A DNA stretch of 63,628 bases, the filler included, from Cercozoa sp. M6MM (taxonomy: Eukaryota; Protista; Endomyxa: Ascetosporea): the NCBI GenBank assembly GCA_040357565.1. It is 6 parts of 6 records of this genome, joined end to end, with 100 filler letters (N's around TTAATTAATTAA, not from the genome) between each part and the next. Parts side by side here need not be neighbours in the genome. Positions count along the whole stretch, not along the records: positions 17,982 to 32,380 come from JBDODJ010000334.1; positions 32,481 to 44,637 come from JBDODJ010000385.1; 4 more parts are not named here. The stretch is one strand, 5' to 3'. The notes below the pieces were generated by a model. That model saw nothing but the letters and a program-made list of their open reading frames with translations, made no database searches and was not told the origin of the DNA. The position numbers and the translations under genes are program-made. Shown piece after piece: positions 24,773-36,971 of the stretch (positions within the stretch are counted from its first letter, which is position 1; each line of letters begins with the position of its first letter).

Positions 24773-25620
24773 NNNNNNNNNNNNNNNNNNNNNNNNNNNN
24801 NNNNNNNNNNNNNNNNNNNNNNNNNNNNNNNNNNNNNNNNNNNNNNNNNNNNNNNNNNNNNNNNNNNNNNNNGGGGGGGGGGGGGAGGGGGTACCATCCC
24901 AGCATCGGAAAAGGCGGGATCCACCGGCAAGTTGCGCAGTTGCTGCACAAGCAACACCGAATAAACACTCAGAAGAACGACAGGTACAACCAGCAGATAC
25001 TGTCGCTCGAAGTTCGGGAACAGCACTCGCAGCGGCTGCATGTACTCCACAGTACAAACCTCCTCACTACCAAGACAGCAAGACAGGTCTACCGCTCAGA
25101 GGAATGGTCTGTGCGTTGACGCTATCGAGAATGAAGGCGTAGGACAGGTCGTGGCCCACTGTTTAAAAACAAAATGTGACAGCTCTAAAATGCGGTCGAT
25201 GTTGTTGCAAAAACGATACCCGACTCAGAGTCGCACCAGGACGACTTCTTCAGCACTGCATCGATCGACTCCAGTCGCTGTCGCCACTCTTTCTTGGTCT
25301 GCATATACACACATAGATATATATATATATATAAATTTTTATATATACATATAGTAAGAGCACAAAAGAAAACAACGAAAGGTGGATTTACCCAGGCCGA
25401 GCCCAGCACGCCAAAACGCAGCAGCGACTTGTCCTGGCGACGACGCAGAAAGATATTTGTCAAGCAAGCCATATGCGTTCCGTCGGGAACAACACTGTCG
25501 CCGTCGGGTATGACGACTCTCAGTGGCGACAGTGGCCGCAGGTCAATGCGATCACTAATAATCTCGTACGCATCTTTACGCACGGCACACAAGACACGTT
25601 CGACGACGAGGGAGTAGAAC

Positions 25621-25671
<51 letters not shown>

Positions 25672-26644
25672 GGCACGAACAAAACCGCACTGTATCAAAA
25701 ATGTTATACACGATCATCGCCGCACGCGTGGTCCAAGTGGACGCACTTGTCAGTGTTGTAGCGACCTAGCAACACAGATATGCACACTTGCAGGTGGGCG
25801 AACAGAGGAGTACCCACAATGAACGTTTTGTATTCCCACGAGTCGTCGTTCGAGTCGACAAAATTTGTATCGCGGTAAAAAACAAACCCTTAGACCAGCA
25901 ACACCGGGTATTCACCAACAACAACAGCAACAGAAAACAGTACAGTTGGGAATGCCGTGGGCGCAGATGATGTCGCAGTCCGAAGTCGGGAGTCGCCTTA
26001 GCGTGTCCAATATGGCGGTCTCTTGTTTCCGCGGATCTAGCGCAACGAGCTTTGCCAGGTCAAAGTTCACTTGCATCACACGGTCCCGCTGCATGGGCTC
26101 TCTGCACATGGTACAGTATGCCCGCTGGTGATGGTAGCATAGCAAGCACAGACCCCGTAAATTGTTCGCTTCCAGACTCGCTGTCCTCACTGTTGCTGCA
26201 CCAAACACGCTACCTTTTATATGGAGACAGATCGACACAGAAAGCAAAAAACCTTGTTTCTTCCTTCGGAAGCAAATCCTCGACGGAATAACTGCAGTTC
26301 CGAAAAGTGACATCTGTGTTTTTGTCTAGAACAACGCTTTCCAGCGTCGGTTTCAACAGAATCCCGGCCAGCGAGACGACGGCAATGCGATCGCGTTTCT
26401 CTTCCTTCTCCCCAACGTCCTTCTCACCAACGAGCTCAGTAGCAACGGCAGCAGCCAGTTCGATGACGCGCGTCTTGTTCTCATCCAACAGGTCATTCGA
26501 TCCGCGCTCGGCACACACCAGCTGACGCAACTGCAGAAAGTCGTCATTCTTTTCCAGCGCATCAAGCAATGGCACAATATGATGGCCTCCTGTCACACGA
26601 CGACAAAAGTCATCGACCAGCTTAAACTCCTCGAATTGCTTCAT
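24259..26644 (-). CDS. Catalytically degenerate paralog of the EEP gene (copy D, pseudo-enzyme), convergent with copy C; spans a sequencing gap
   Basis: Colinear homology: RVMQVNF, DIICAHG, LCAVRK, IFLRRRQDKSLLRFG, LSYAFILDSVN, LSQML, GDLRPVLYTIPV and RLARQV..ALSQR. Intron positions are shared. Confidence 0.75.
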
Positions 26645-26871
26645 TGCTATCCTGCTGGTACTAATCAAGCACGGCTTTGCTACTGTCCGAGTATGAGTAG
26701 TGTACAGTCCTCAGGTTCTTTCTGTACAATTGTACCGAAGACGACAATAATAAATTATAAAAGATCATTCGCTATCGAACTGTGGCCGCTCTGCACACAC
26801 CCCACGCACAGCAACTACCTTAAAACTTATTTTGCGATTTGGTTGAATTATTCGCCTGCGTTTTGCCTCAA

Positions 26872-29800
26872 ATGGCCGCTGATGTCGGCAAACGCAAGTC
26901 TTCAAATGTTCAAATTAAACGTTCTTCTTTGGAAACATGGGGCTTCAATTTCGCGGGCAGGATTCCCTATGTTTTTACTATCGTATCTGCCATGGATAGC
27001 TCTGAAACATTTTGCAGGTCATGTGGCTTAACTTTCCGTTTGACAGAGGCAGGGACACGATTTGATTGACATTTTTCGGACTAGAAAGAAACTGCTCGAA
27101 ATAAGACTGAGGCTTCGCATGTGCCAAGCCGTTGGTGCATTTAATCGAGTTCTGGCGCGCAGGTGCAACAAGCGTGGGTGTTAAGCATGCCTAAACCTAC
27201 TGAAACGCATTCGCAGCATGCTGTCTTTGCAGCGGAAGAAACCGACAAGTTGGTTCATGCGGTAATTTAAAGCGCAACGCAGAACTGAAACCCTTTGTTT
27301 TCGTGCTAAAGTAATGCGACTCATACTGTAGCTACGACGAGTTCTCGCAAAAGTGCGCTCGAAGGTCACCGATCTTTCGCACGAACAAAGCGACCTTCGA
27401 AGACGTGTGGATGGCATCGAACTCAGCGAAGAAACAAAGAGCCGGCCAACAGAGCCTGTTTCAACTCAGACTGAGGCTGCTAAAGCTGGCGATGAAACTG
27501 CCGAGCAAGAGACAGCACAAGCACCAGCGCCCCAGGAAAAGGGTCTGTCTTTATCAGCGACATCAGAAATAGCTGAAACTGCAAGAAGCGCGAAATCTTC
27601 CGGCAGCGAATCGATCGAAACCAAAGTCCAAAAGGAGGAATTACTAGAGGAGCAGCTCAACACCCTCAATTCGGCGATTGCAGATCTGCGCCAGACCCAG
27701 TCGGAGTTGCGAACGCAGATACTGCAGGTTCAAGTAATCGCAAGCAAGCCACAACTCACTCAGACCGTTCCTTCGACAGAAATGCAGTCCACTGAAAGCA
27801 ATACGAGTGTGAGCAGCACCTCCTTCCACAAAGAGCAGCGGTTGGAGCTGAACAAAGTGTTTGAACGACTCGCCGCGATTGAAGAACAGCTCACTCGAAC
27901 CTCGGAAGGTGGTGTTTCTGTCTCTCGTTCCTCTGGTCGCAGCATCGCCACGACATCGGAAATCGCGCGTTTCGAACGAGAAGCAGCGGCGAACGAAGTG
28001 GAGCAGCGCTTGACGACAATGGAAGAGTCTCTGCAGCAACAAGACGCCACTCTTGCCGAGGTTGTGCAACAAGTCTCCAGCATTGCAAAGAAACAGGCCG
28101 AGATTGCTGCGACCGTCGAGTCGGAAATTCGAATGCCCCCTCCTCGAGTTGAGTTGGACACACCGAGTTCTCGAAAACTGTACGATGTGCAAACACACAT
28201 GTCCGTCGAAAAACTGACTGCTCGAGTGCGTGCACTGGAGGAACAGTCGCTTCGCCTGACTGCCCTCGCACAAACGCAACCTACAGTACAGATGGCGGAC
28301 GTTGCTTCTCAGTCGTCTGTCTTGACTGCAAAAACAGTGCCTGTTGATGAAACAGTCTCAAAGAGCGCTTCTTCTGAAGAGCTGACAACAGAAGAAGCAG
28401 AGACTGCAGAGGAGAAACAACCAAAAACTGCGGCACCGCTTTTGCCTCTCGCACCTGCCGAAGGCTTGACGTTGCGTGTGAGTTGTCCATTGTGCTCTTC
28501 AGTGAATGCACACACTACAGTGTCTTGTTGTGTCCAACTGACAGCTTCAAGCAGATTTGCAGCACTTTATCGAAAGTCACACTGCCGACTTTTTGCAGCT
28601 GCAACGCACGCTAAAGGAAGAGTTTCAGCAACTGCAGCAACAACTCGACAACAAAGTCGACGTCGACGTTCTCGCAAACTTTGCGAGAAACATGGAGGTG
28701 CAGTCTCGCAGCGTGCAGTCGGAGGAAGCGCAGTCTCAGTCACCCGAAGAATCGGCGGAACTGGTCGATCAAGCCGTGTCTGCAACCTTCCCGACAACTT
28801 CGCAAGCTGCACAGACTGTCAGCAGAGTGGTTCCTATGGATGAAGCAGCAACTGTAGAGGTGGTGACTGCGGAGACTGTCAGCTTTGTCACTGAGACACC
28901 TGCAGCAGAGGCCCCTGCTGCTGAGACTCCTGTTGAGGTGCTCGAGACACCTGTTATAGAAGAACCTGTTGCCGAAGAACCAGTTGCGGAAGGGCCTGTT
29001 GTTGAAGTGGGAGCACTCGTTGTTGAAAACCCTGAAGAAACACTCACCGAAACAACACTCGCCGAAGAAGCACCAGTCTGCGAGACGCCTGGTGTTGAGG
29101 CACCGGCTGTTGCATCACCTGCAGTCGTCGAAGCACCTGTTGCCGAACCCGAAGTCGAAAGCGAGAGATTCCAACCAGCTGAGCCGACAATGACGCGACC
29201 AACTGCTCCGGTGGCAGCTGTTACGACCTATTCTCCGGCGACACGAATGCCCCTGTCCTCCAGCGGCACCGAGATGACACTGACTGCTATCAGCGAGGAA
29301 GAAACTCAGGCACGCTTTGACTCGAACGTTTCCCGTGCAGCAACAGCAACAGCAGCAGCAGCAGCAGCAGCAGTTGAAACTGGCTCTGACCGACCGGTGA
29401 CACGCTCGCGATCGACGCACAGCAGCACTCGGTCGCTGCAGAGTCTGACGCAACTGGTGCTTTCCGACGCAGAGCGCAGTCGCTCGGCCTCGCACGAACG
29501 CATCGAACTACGCGCGTGCATTTTTCTCGTTTTCCAATGAACTGGAGGTGTTAACTTGAGTGACACACTGGTTGTGTTGTGCAGACGCATTGCGCACATT
29601 GAGGATCAGATCGCGAAGATCGGAAGTCTGCTGACGAAGAAAGACCGACTGATTGGCGACCTGCATTCTCGATTGGGCAGTCTCGAAACTGCTGGTGCTG
29701 CGCATGCGACAGAAGAAACTGGCGAAGTAGTCAGTCCTGACGAAGGTCACGAAGCAACTGCAGAGAGCAAAGTGACCGGCATCAGCAGTTCGCCGACTTC

Positions 29801-30495
29801 GCCGTTCAGCTCGGCGGGCACTGCTTCCTCGAGCAAGCTTCCCGACCACGTGTCGGTGTTGGAGCCGTCGAATTCCCGTTCTTCCGAATCCTTGTTGGTT
29901 AAGGAGACGTCGGACACTCATATCGGTGAGGCTTCGACTTCAATCAAGCTACGTCGGGACCTGACGGTGCTTCGAGAGTTTGTGCTGCGACTGAAGGAGA
30001 GACAGGAGCAGATCAAGCGAAAGCTCGTGTCGTCCACGATCGAAAACACTTCAGTTCCCGTTGAGTCGGAACAACAGCAGTCGGAAGTCATCGTGCGGCT
30101 CAACAAGGCCACACAGAAAAACGCCGCCGATATCGAAAGACTCGTTCAGCTTCTCTTTGACCAGGTATAGTACGGATGTTTCCCGGTTGCATCCATAGAT
30201 CACAAGGTAGAGTACCGCACGTACTGTATGTTGTCCTGTGCAGCAAGCCATTCTCACGGGCAAGCTGTTTGCGTTCAAGTGCCTGTCGTGCGATCGCACG
30301 ATTCCCAAGTTGAGTTCGGAACCCGGCGAGTTCGTGCCCTCTGGCTACCTGCCGAGCAGCTACACGAGTGCGTCGCTGCACTCCGGCGGCGTCTACGGCT
30401 CTGCCTGTCGGAGTGAGCACGCTCTCCGTCCAAACCAGCATCTGACCAGCACGATTCCCTCTGTGCCTCCTGTGCGACTGCCCAAACTGAGCTGA
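26872..30495 (+). CDS. Large coiled-coil, E/P/A-rich protein with C-terminal CLSCDR motif (QRICH2/DUF4795-like)
   Basis: Long heptad-rich ORFs (27353-28843, 28557-29540, 29556-30170), LDNKVD, and final exon AILTGKLFAFKCLSCDRTIP. Start is uncertain. Confidence 0.55.
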
Positions 30496-30621
30496 GTCCA
30501 CCAGGATTGAATTGTGGGGAGCGATATTTGGTCAATTGACCATCAATAGTGTTGACATACATGAGGTCAGTATTCGTAGAGGTTGGGAGGGTACCCAAGG
30601 CTCCTGACAGTTGAGGATGTC

Positions 30622-31850
30622 ATGTCGAGCCGTGCCATGGGAACGGTCGATTCCTTCGGCTCAAGCTGTTCGCAGTCTCCACTTTTAGAGAACTTAAGCA
30701 CTTCAACATCCAGGATTCCGCAAGGCGTCATAGTTCTGAACAATTTAGAGCGGAATGACGATTTTTCGCGCAGTCATTGGCGGCACTTGGCGACAGCACC
30801 GTCAGTGGTTCTCGGTGCGAGGTGATGAAGTTTATGTTGCTTTGCTTTCCTCAGAAAAATGCTGAGAGCCTAGTTGTGTTGTGCAGCTAATGGCAGCATA
30901 TCGTGTGCTGCGACAATTGCCCACCGAAGGCAGCGCGTTTGGCACGAGTGGGTCACGCTCACAGATGCACTTTTCGCCGAGTTCAAAGTGCCAATTTTGC
31001 TGACCACGGACACTCTTTGGGGCTGCGTTTATCTGTACTTGGAACGCCGGTCAGAGAGTACCAGTTCCTTTTTTTCCCCGACCAGTCGGGATTGAGTGAT
31101 GGTCTACACTGTTCAGGCTCCTTGGTCAAGCTCGAACAACGATTACAAAGTAAGCCCTTTCATCCACTTAAGGTCAAATTTATGTGTGTTCACTTTGTAG
31201 AATCCATGATTAAGAACGATGAAGAGAATAAAAAGTTGCTCGCACTATTGCGAGAACACCCGGAAGGCAAACCTTTTGATCAAACGAAATGTCACCTCAT
31301 ATTATCTCTTCTTCTTCGCTTATAGAGTTTAAAACGGAGCCTCTGTTCAAGATTGACCAAGATGTCGCCAAGATCGAACCTCGAGTCCAAAGTAACTCTT
31401 CCTTGACTTTGCGCGTAACTTGCCTTGGATTTTGCCTTGCTAGCCTTTAAATATTATCGATGTAATTAGAATCCATTCCCACTCTGTAACTTTACTGTGC
31501 TTCTTTGCAGGGAGCCGGCTTTGCGAACCCTGCACTCAAACCAAGAGTGACGAAAATGAAAAATATCGAGCTGAATTTCGAAAAGACCTTGAAGGTAAAC
31601 GGTCAGCAGTTTACCGTTCCCTGTGTCCCTTTTTTGTAAGTTGATTTCGTCTTTAGAGTTGAAAACGGAGATTCACGCTCTATTCCGCGCCGCGCTTGAC
31701 CCTGTTTCTGAAGGGTACCAGCCTCAGAAATAGGGGTTTATCGTGCTGAGGTGTGCTTTGGTGTTCGCAGAGCTCATGCGAGGTCAAATCGACACGATCC
31801 TGAACAGACGTCTGGGTAAATTTTAGACGCCATCACACGACAGTTGAGTG
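30622..31850 (+). CDS. Hypothetical multi-exon protein
   Basis: A series of short exons bounded by GT-AG (e.g. WHEWVTLTDALF, MIKNDEENKKLLALLREH). No family recognised. Confidence 0.4.
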
Positions 31851-31884
31851 GCCAATGAATGCGATTCTTGACCAAATACATGCG

Positions 31885-32026
31885 CAGTTAGTTCGTTTAG
31901 TCTTCTATGAAACCAACACCTGGATGGGTGCCGTGCCTACCGCCCGCTTAGGGTAGATCCGTACAACTCCCCTTTTGACGTCTCCCTATCGCTAAACACC
32001 GAAGTCGACTTCGTGGTTGGCGAAGC
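31885..32026 (-). mobile_element. Retroposon copy with (AACT)-type tail and 7-bp target-site duplication
   Basis: Matches 19916-20066. ACATGCG flanks it at 31878-31884 and 32027-32033. Confidence 0.7.
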
Positions 32027-32145
32027 ACATGCGTAATTCATGCCTATCTGGCGGTTTAGCTGAGTTTAGCTTCTGCGTATGATGACCGGTATGTATCGTA
32101 TTAGACAGAGTGACAAATGTAGGTTCAGTTTAGTTGAGTTTCGTT

Positions 32146-32325
32146 TCACACAACGGTGCGCATGCGGATGGCGGGACACTGGATGAGCTGCATGAGGTGG
32201 TTCTTGTGGTCCAGCAGACCGCGCACCCACTCGTTGCGCTGCGTGCGCGACGGCGCCTTGAACTTGTACTTGCGCATCACGCCGTTCTTGATGTCGCGCG
32301 CGTGAATCTCAAGCACCGTGTCGCT
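32146..32325 (-). CDS. Last exon of a PH-domain protein (gene truncated by contig end)
   Basis: TVLEIHARD..RKYKFKAPSRTQRNEWVRGL fits the PH-domain final strands and C-terminal Trp helix. Confidence 0.6.
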   Translation of the reverse strand, partial: SDTVLEIHARDIKNGVMRKYKFKAPSRTQRNEWVRGLLDHKNHLMQLIQCPAIRMRTVV

Positions 32326-32380
32326 GTGTTGCAACACACATCAGCAGGGTGGTGATAGGTGACAGGGAGGGGGGGGGGGG

Positions 32381-32480
32381 NNNNNNNNNNNNNNNNNNNN
32401 NNNNNNNNNNNNNNNNNNNNNNNNTTAATTAATTAANNNNNNNNNNNNNNNNNNNNNNNNNNNNNNNNNNNNNNNNNNNN
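32381..32480. other. Artificial contig-joining linker
   Basis: N-TTAATTAATTAA-N. Confidence 0.97.
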
Positions 32481-33175
32481 TGTGTGTGTGTGTGTGTTTG
32501 TGTCAACAGCAGATGCTCCGACACCGGTGCGTTGATGATACGCTCGAAGAGGAGAATATGTAAACACGACGCGTGCGCACGCATCGCACACCAAACCACC
32601 AACCACATGTACACTAGCAGTCGCCACCACAACCTCGACTGACCGGCAGCGCGATACAAAAACAAATATAATTCGAGGGCTTTACTTCGTCGAAGCGACA
32701 CGGATACCGCGCTTCGTTCCGTTCTCGCCCTCGCCCGGGGCCGCCTTTACTTTTCGTTTGGCGTGAATGTTCCATAGATGAGATTGCCGAGCTTCGGTAC
32801 AGTGTTACCCCTAGTTACTTGCCGAATAACTAGTACGGGCACTACAGTCGGAGTCTGGCAGCCCGCGGTCGCACTTCGTACAGGCGAGTATAAACTTACA
32901 GTATCCGCTGTACATGTGCCGTGCATGCAAATTGATACCGTGGATGTACGATACACTGTCGTGTGTCGGTGACAGTTTGTCCGGTCAGTAAGTGGCAGTG
33001 CGGGTTTGTTGAGTTTGTCTGCTATAAACGGAGACAGTTATTGAATTCGGGGGCAGTGGGTCCGCGTGGATGGAGCGAGATGCAAAAATTCACCGGCTGT
33101 TTAGTCATGAGACACATAAGGTGCCCTAGCAGGTTAAGTGCGAGTGGCCGACACCTAGGTGTCACATCTAACTCA

Positions 33176-36100
33176 ATGCCGCCGCAACATGTTGTTGTAC
33201 GTCGAGCTGAGAACGCAGAAGAGTCACTTGTGCTGAAGTTGCGAAAGGATCGCATCTTAGTACCCGTTGATAAGCCATATCAGCCAATCCGAGCTCCGAA
33301 GAAGCTACATGTCTCATCCTCTGTCGAAGTGAATGCGCTGACTCCCAGGACCGACAAAGAAAGAAAGCAACGCGACCCAGAAACTCCTGAACGGCGAGAG
33401 CAGCGCAAGCACGAAAGGTCGGCCAGAGCATTACGCGAGTTGCACAAGCAAAGGCAACAGGAGCAACAGCAATTCTTGTTGACGAAGAAGCATCGCGAGG
33501 CCGTCCGAAGATTCGACGAGAGAACTCGGCGAAGGAATCGCAAGAGAGCTGAGCAATCACACCATGCCTGCGAAAGAAGCCCTGTCGAAACAGAAAAAAC
33601 CTCGAAGAAGCTGCGAGGCTTGAGACAAAAGGAGAAACCTCGCATCTTGTCGCGACGCCAAAAGAAGGAGATTCAAGAGTTCATGCGAAAGCAACACGCA
33701 CGCTGGAGGAAAGAAAAGAAACGACAACGAGAAGCAGACAGACAAGCAAAGTTGCAACTTCATCGCGCTCGCACCGAAGCTGCCCAAGAAGAACGGGCTC
33801 TGGTACTATATTCCGTCAGTTTGCTGCCGTTCAGATATGCAATGGCCACAGGCACACAAAGGTGCAGTCAAGCGACGTAAAAATCCAAAAAGCGTACTTT
33901 GCAGTCGACTGCGGAGTCCACAGACAAGAAAGTGCGTATTTCGTTACGACCTCGTTCTCGAAAGCATCGAGTGGTTAGTCTCAGCTTGCGACCACGCAGT
34001 GCGCCTGCCGCGCAGTCAGTTGGCAAGATGCTCAATCGCTTGTCTGGCGTACTCGATACTGTTTCTGCCACCGTGGAGAAATTCATGAACACGAACTTTC
34101 GTCCACAACAGGCTTCTGCTTCAACAACAGTCAAACAACGACGACAGGCGCAGCAGGCAAGTTTCGAACCTCCACAAGAGAAACAAGTCGACTTTGCGCA
34201 CGAAATACGAACAGAACTGGCGCGAATCAAAGCAATGCTGGTCACACATGCCGAGTATGCCAGTCACGCTGCTTACTCGTCAAGTGTGTCGTCCTCTTCG
34301 CATACACCAACATCCTCCGAGCCGGTTGCTGTGCACGACGACATGTCAGTTCTGATGCAACGAATCACTCAGGCTTTGACGGAACCGATCCAACGCATCG
34401 AAGCGCGGATTGCTCAGATCGCAAAGCCAATTCACTGTCGCCAGAAGAGAGAACAGTATCGCAGTGTGCCGAAACCGAGCAAATCGAGTTTCCCGAAAAG
34501 CGACATTAAACACGAGCGTTGCGTGTTGATTCGCAGTTTTCGCGATCGATACGAGATGCTTCGGACACTTCGCTCCGATGGTTATCTTTCACGATTCGCG
34601 TTCAAACGGATGCGTCGCACGTTGAAAACCGAGTTTGAGAGCAAGCTGAGCGATTTGAAGGCAAGAGAGTTGCACAGAACCCGAGTCGAAAGAGAGCACG
34701 ATGAGTACATCGATATCACCGAAGCGGCGATTGGTACAGTTTCACGGAACCGGGCTCTCTCTATTGTAGTACAATCAACACCTCTTGTTTCTTCAGTGAG
34801 GCCTCTCGAAATCGACTCGAGTTCTTCGAAATCTCAGATCGAAGATATTTCACAGCTTCCGCGGCAGCCAAGCGAGGAAGAAAGCGTCAAGTTAAGCAAC
34901 CAAATTGAGAGAGCAACAAGTCGAAGCGAAGTCAGTAACAAAAGTGAAAGAGCGAAGCATCTTTCCGGTGGTAGTGTCGAACAGCAAGCCGAAGAAATCA
35001 ATAATTTACTTCCTGTCGAACAAGTCGAAATGGCAGCGTCGCTTGAGACGAAAGAAGCGAGTCGAAAAATCGATAGTCACGAGAAAGCGGTTCTGCCAAC
35101 AGAAACGATTGTTCTCGCAACTGAAGAGAAAAAGTCGGGAGAAATGAGCGTAAGTGACCAAATCGAGGAAGAGACTGAAACTGTCGCCTCTAGTTTTAAG
35201 GATGAGCGCGTTGCCGAACCAGAAAAAACCGAAAGCATCGTGAAAGAAAACGAAAGCGCGGTCTCGGTTTCAACTGATGTCTCAACCGATGTTTCAACTG
35301 ATGTCTCAACCGATGTTTCAACTGCCAGTTCGCATCATGTTCGTACCAACGAGTCGACTTTGAGCGACGAAAATGTTCCAGAATTCGATCGAACTGCAGA
35401 GGAGCTGCAGAACACACATGTCGCTCGTGATAACTTGGCCAACCAGTTCGGTACCGACTTGCTTGCGAGTGCACTCTCAAGCAGCGTTCTGCGCGAGGTT
35501 GTCGATGACGTTGTGACCGAAAATTGCTGGTATCACATGAAAGACAAAGCCGCTCGTTCTCAAGTGGAGACAGAAAGCAACAATGCTAAAGAAACAAATG
35601 AGCAAAACACATCAGTTTCAAAGGCTGAAAAGGACAAACCATGTGCAGTTTCGTACGAATCACAAGCATTGACCTCTGCGATCGCCGAGCAACTGGTCGA
35701 CAGAATTGTGGACCAAGAGTTAAAACTGTGCACGCTCGCGCCAGTCGAAGAACCTCCAGCAGATCTCAGTGACACAGAGCAGCATGCACAGCTGGCAACA
35801 GTTGCTGTTGACGAGGCTGCAGAAGAAACTTCACAGCTTTCGCCTTTGCTCTGCGAGAAGCACGTCGACACCGTGCTTCAAGATGTGGCAAACGGTGTGT
35901 TTCTTTCAATCGAAGTGTACTTTGTAAACAGTCGACGCATTTTGAGTAGGAGAGACAAAAACCAGCGCATTTCATCGTCTAGTTGATGCCTTAAAACAAG
36001 AGCAAGAGCAGGAGAGACAGAAAGCAGCGAAACTCTTGCAGCAGATCGATAGTGGAGAAAGACAGTAGCCATGCCTTGACTCTCATCATAGTACAAGGCC

Positions 36101-36614
36101 CACATCTTATAATTTACTGTACCTTTGCTCGAACACAGAACAACACTCGTTGAACAAGCGCGACTTTGTGAAATCGCGAGTCGCAGCGACGCGGATCTCA
36201 AGAAACTGCTTTATTCGACAACGCATCCTCAAATCGAGCGCCGCATCGAAAGGAGCCTTGACGGACAGGTGTCTCTCGTCTAAAATCTTTTCGTTATTGA
36301 TGCCAACCAAAGAATGCACATTTGTTGTAGCTAGAATCAGTGCTCGTGTGCGACCCAAGGCGTGTTTTGGAGCATGCACTCAAGCAGCAAGTCGACCGGT
36401 CGCTTGACTTTGCCAAAGTGCTCGAAATCAATGCTCGCGACCTTGCCATGCATGTCACACTTGGGGTCAGTAATCAGGTACAGTACTTGTACGGGCAATT
36501 TACTGCACTGCGTGGTGATACAGTCAGCTGCATTTCGCGCAGATAATCGACGCTGCGGTACGCAGCGCACTGCTTCTGCATTTAGGGACACGCTCGCCAA
36601 AACTGTCGTCGTAG
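33176..36614 (+). CDS. Large coiled-coil/low-complexity protein, possibly centrosomal (CEP350-like)
   Basis: Charged coiled coils including KEIQEFMRKQHARW, a 695-aa exon, an STDV x4 repeat and a helical C-terminus. The family assignment is weak. Confidence 0.45.
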
Positions 36615-36971
36615 CAGGGAGTGCGCGTTTCCTTAAAAAATTAGATTTATAACTTCAGACATTACGCAGGGGCAAGGTGCGAGGTGTGCTTGAGGCGCGT
36701 CGACGGGTGCAGCGTCACTTTCTGGTTGTCCTTCACAGTAATCTGGTTGTTTTGCGCGTTCTCTCCTTGCACAGTGCACCTCCAGACGGCTAACTGAGCA
36801 CAAGCGCCCTGATTCATTAACTCTCAGGGCCCCCAGCACTTGCGTCAACTGGGGACAGATCTATTGCCGCACAATAATGTTTCACGACCTCGTGATAGCC
36901 CATCACTCCGTCAGCTTGTCCAATGCAGCGTCGAATTTACTCAGTTTTTAGTTTTGTCGCTCCCAAGTCGG

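Noticed and set aside
31940-31960. CCCTAAGCG (minus strand) resembling the pistol ribozyme pseudoknot strand
   Set aside because: The complementary P1 loop and other pistol core elements are absent, and the second copy does not conserve the motif.
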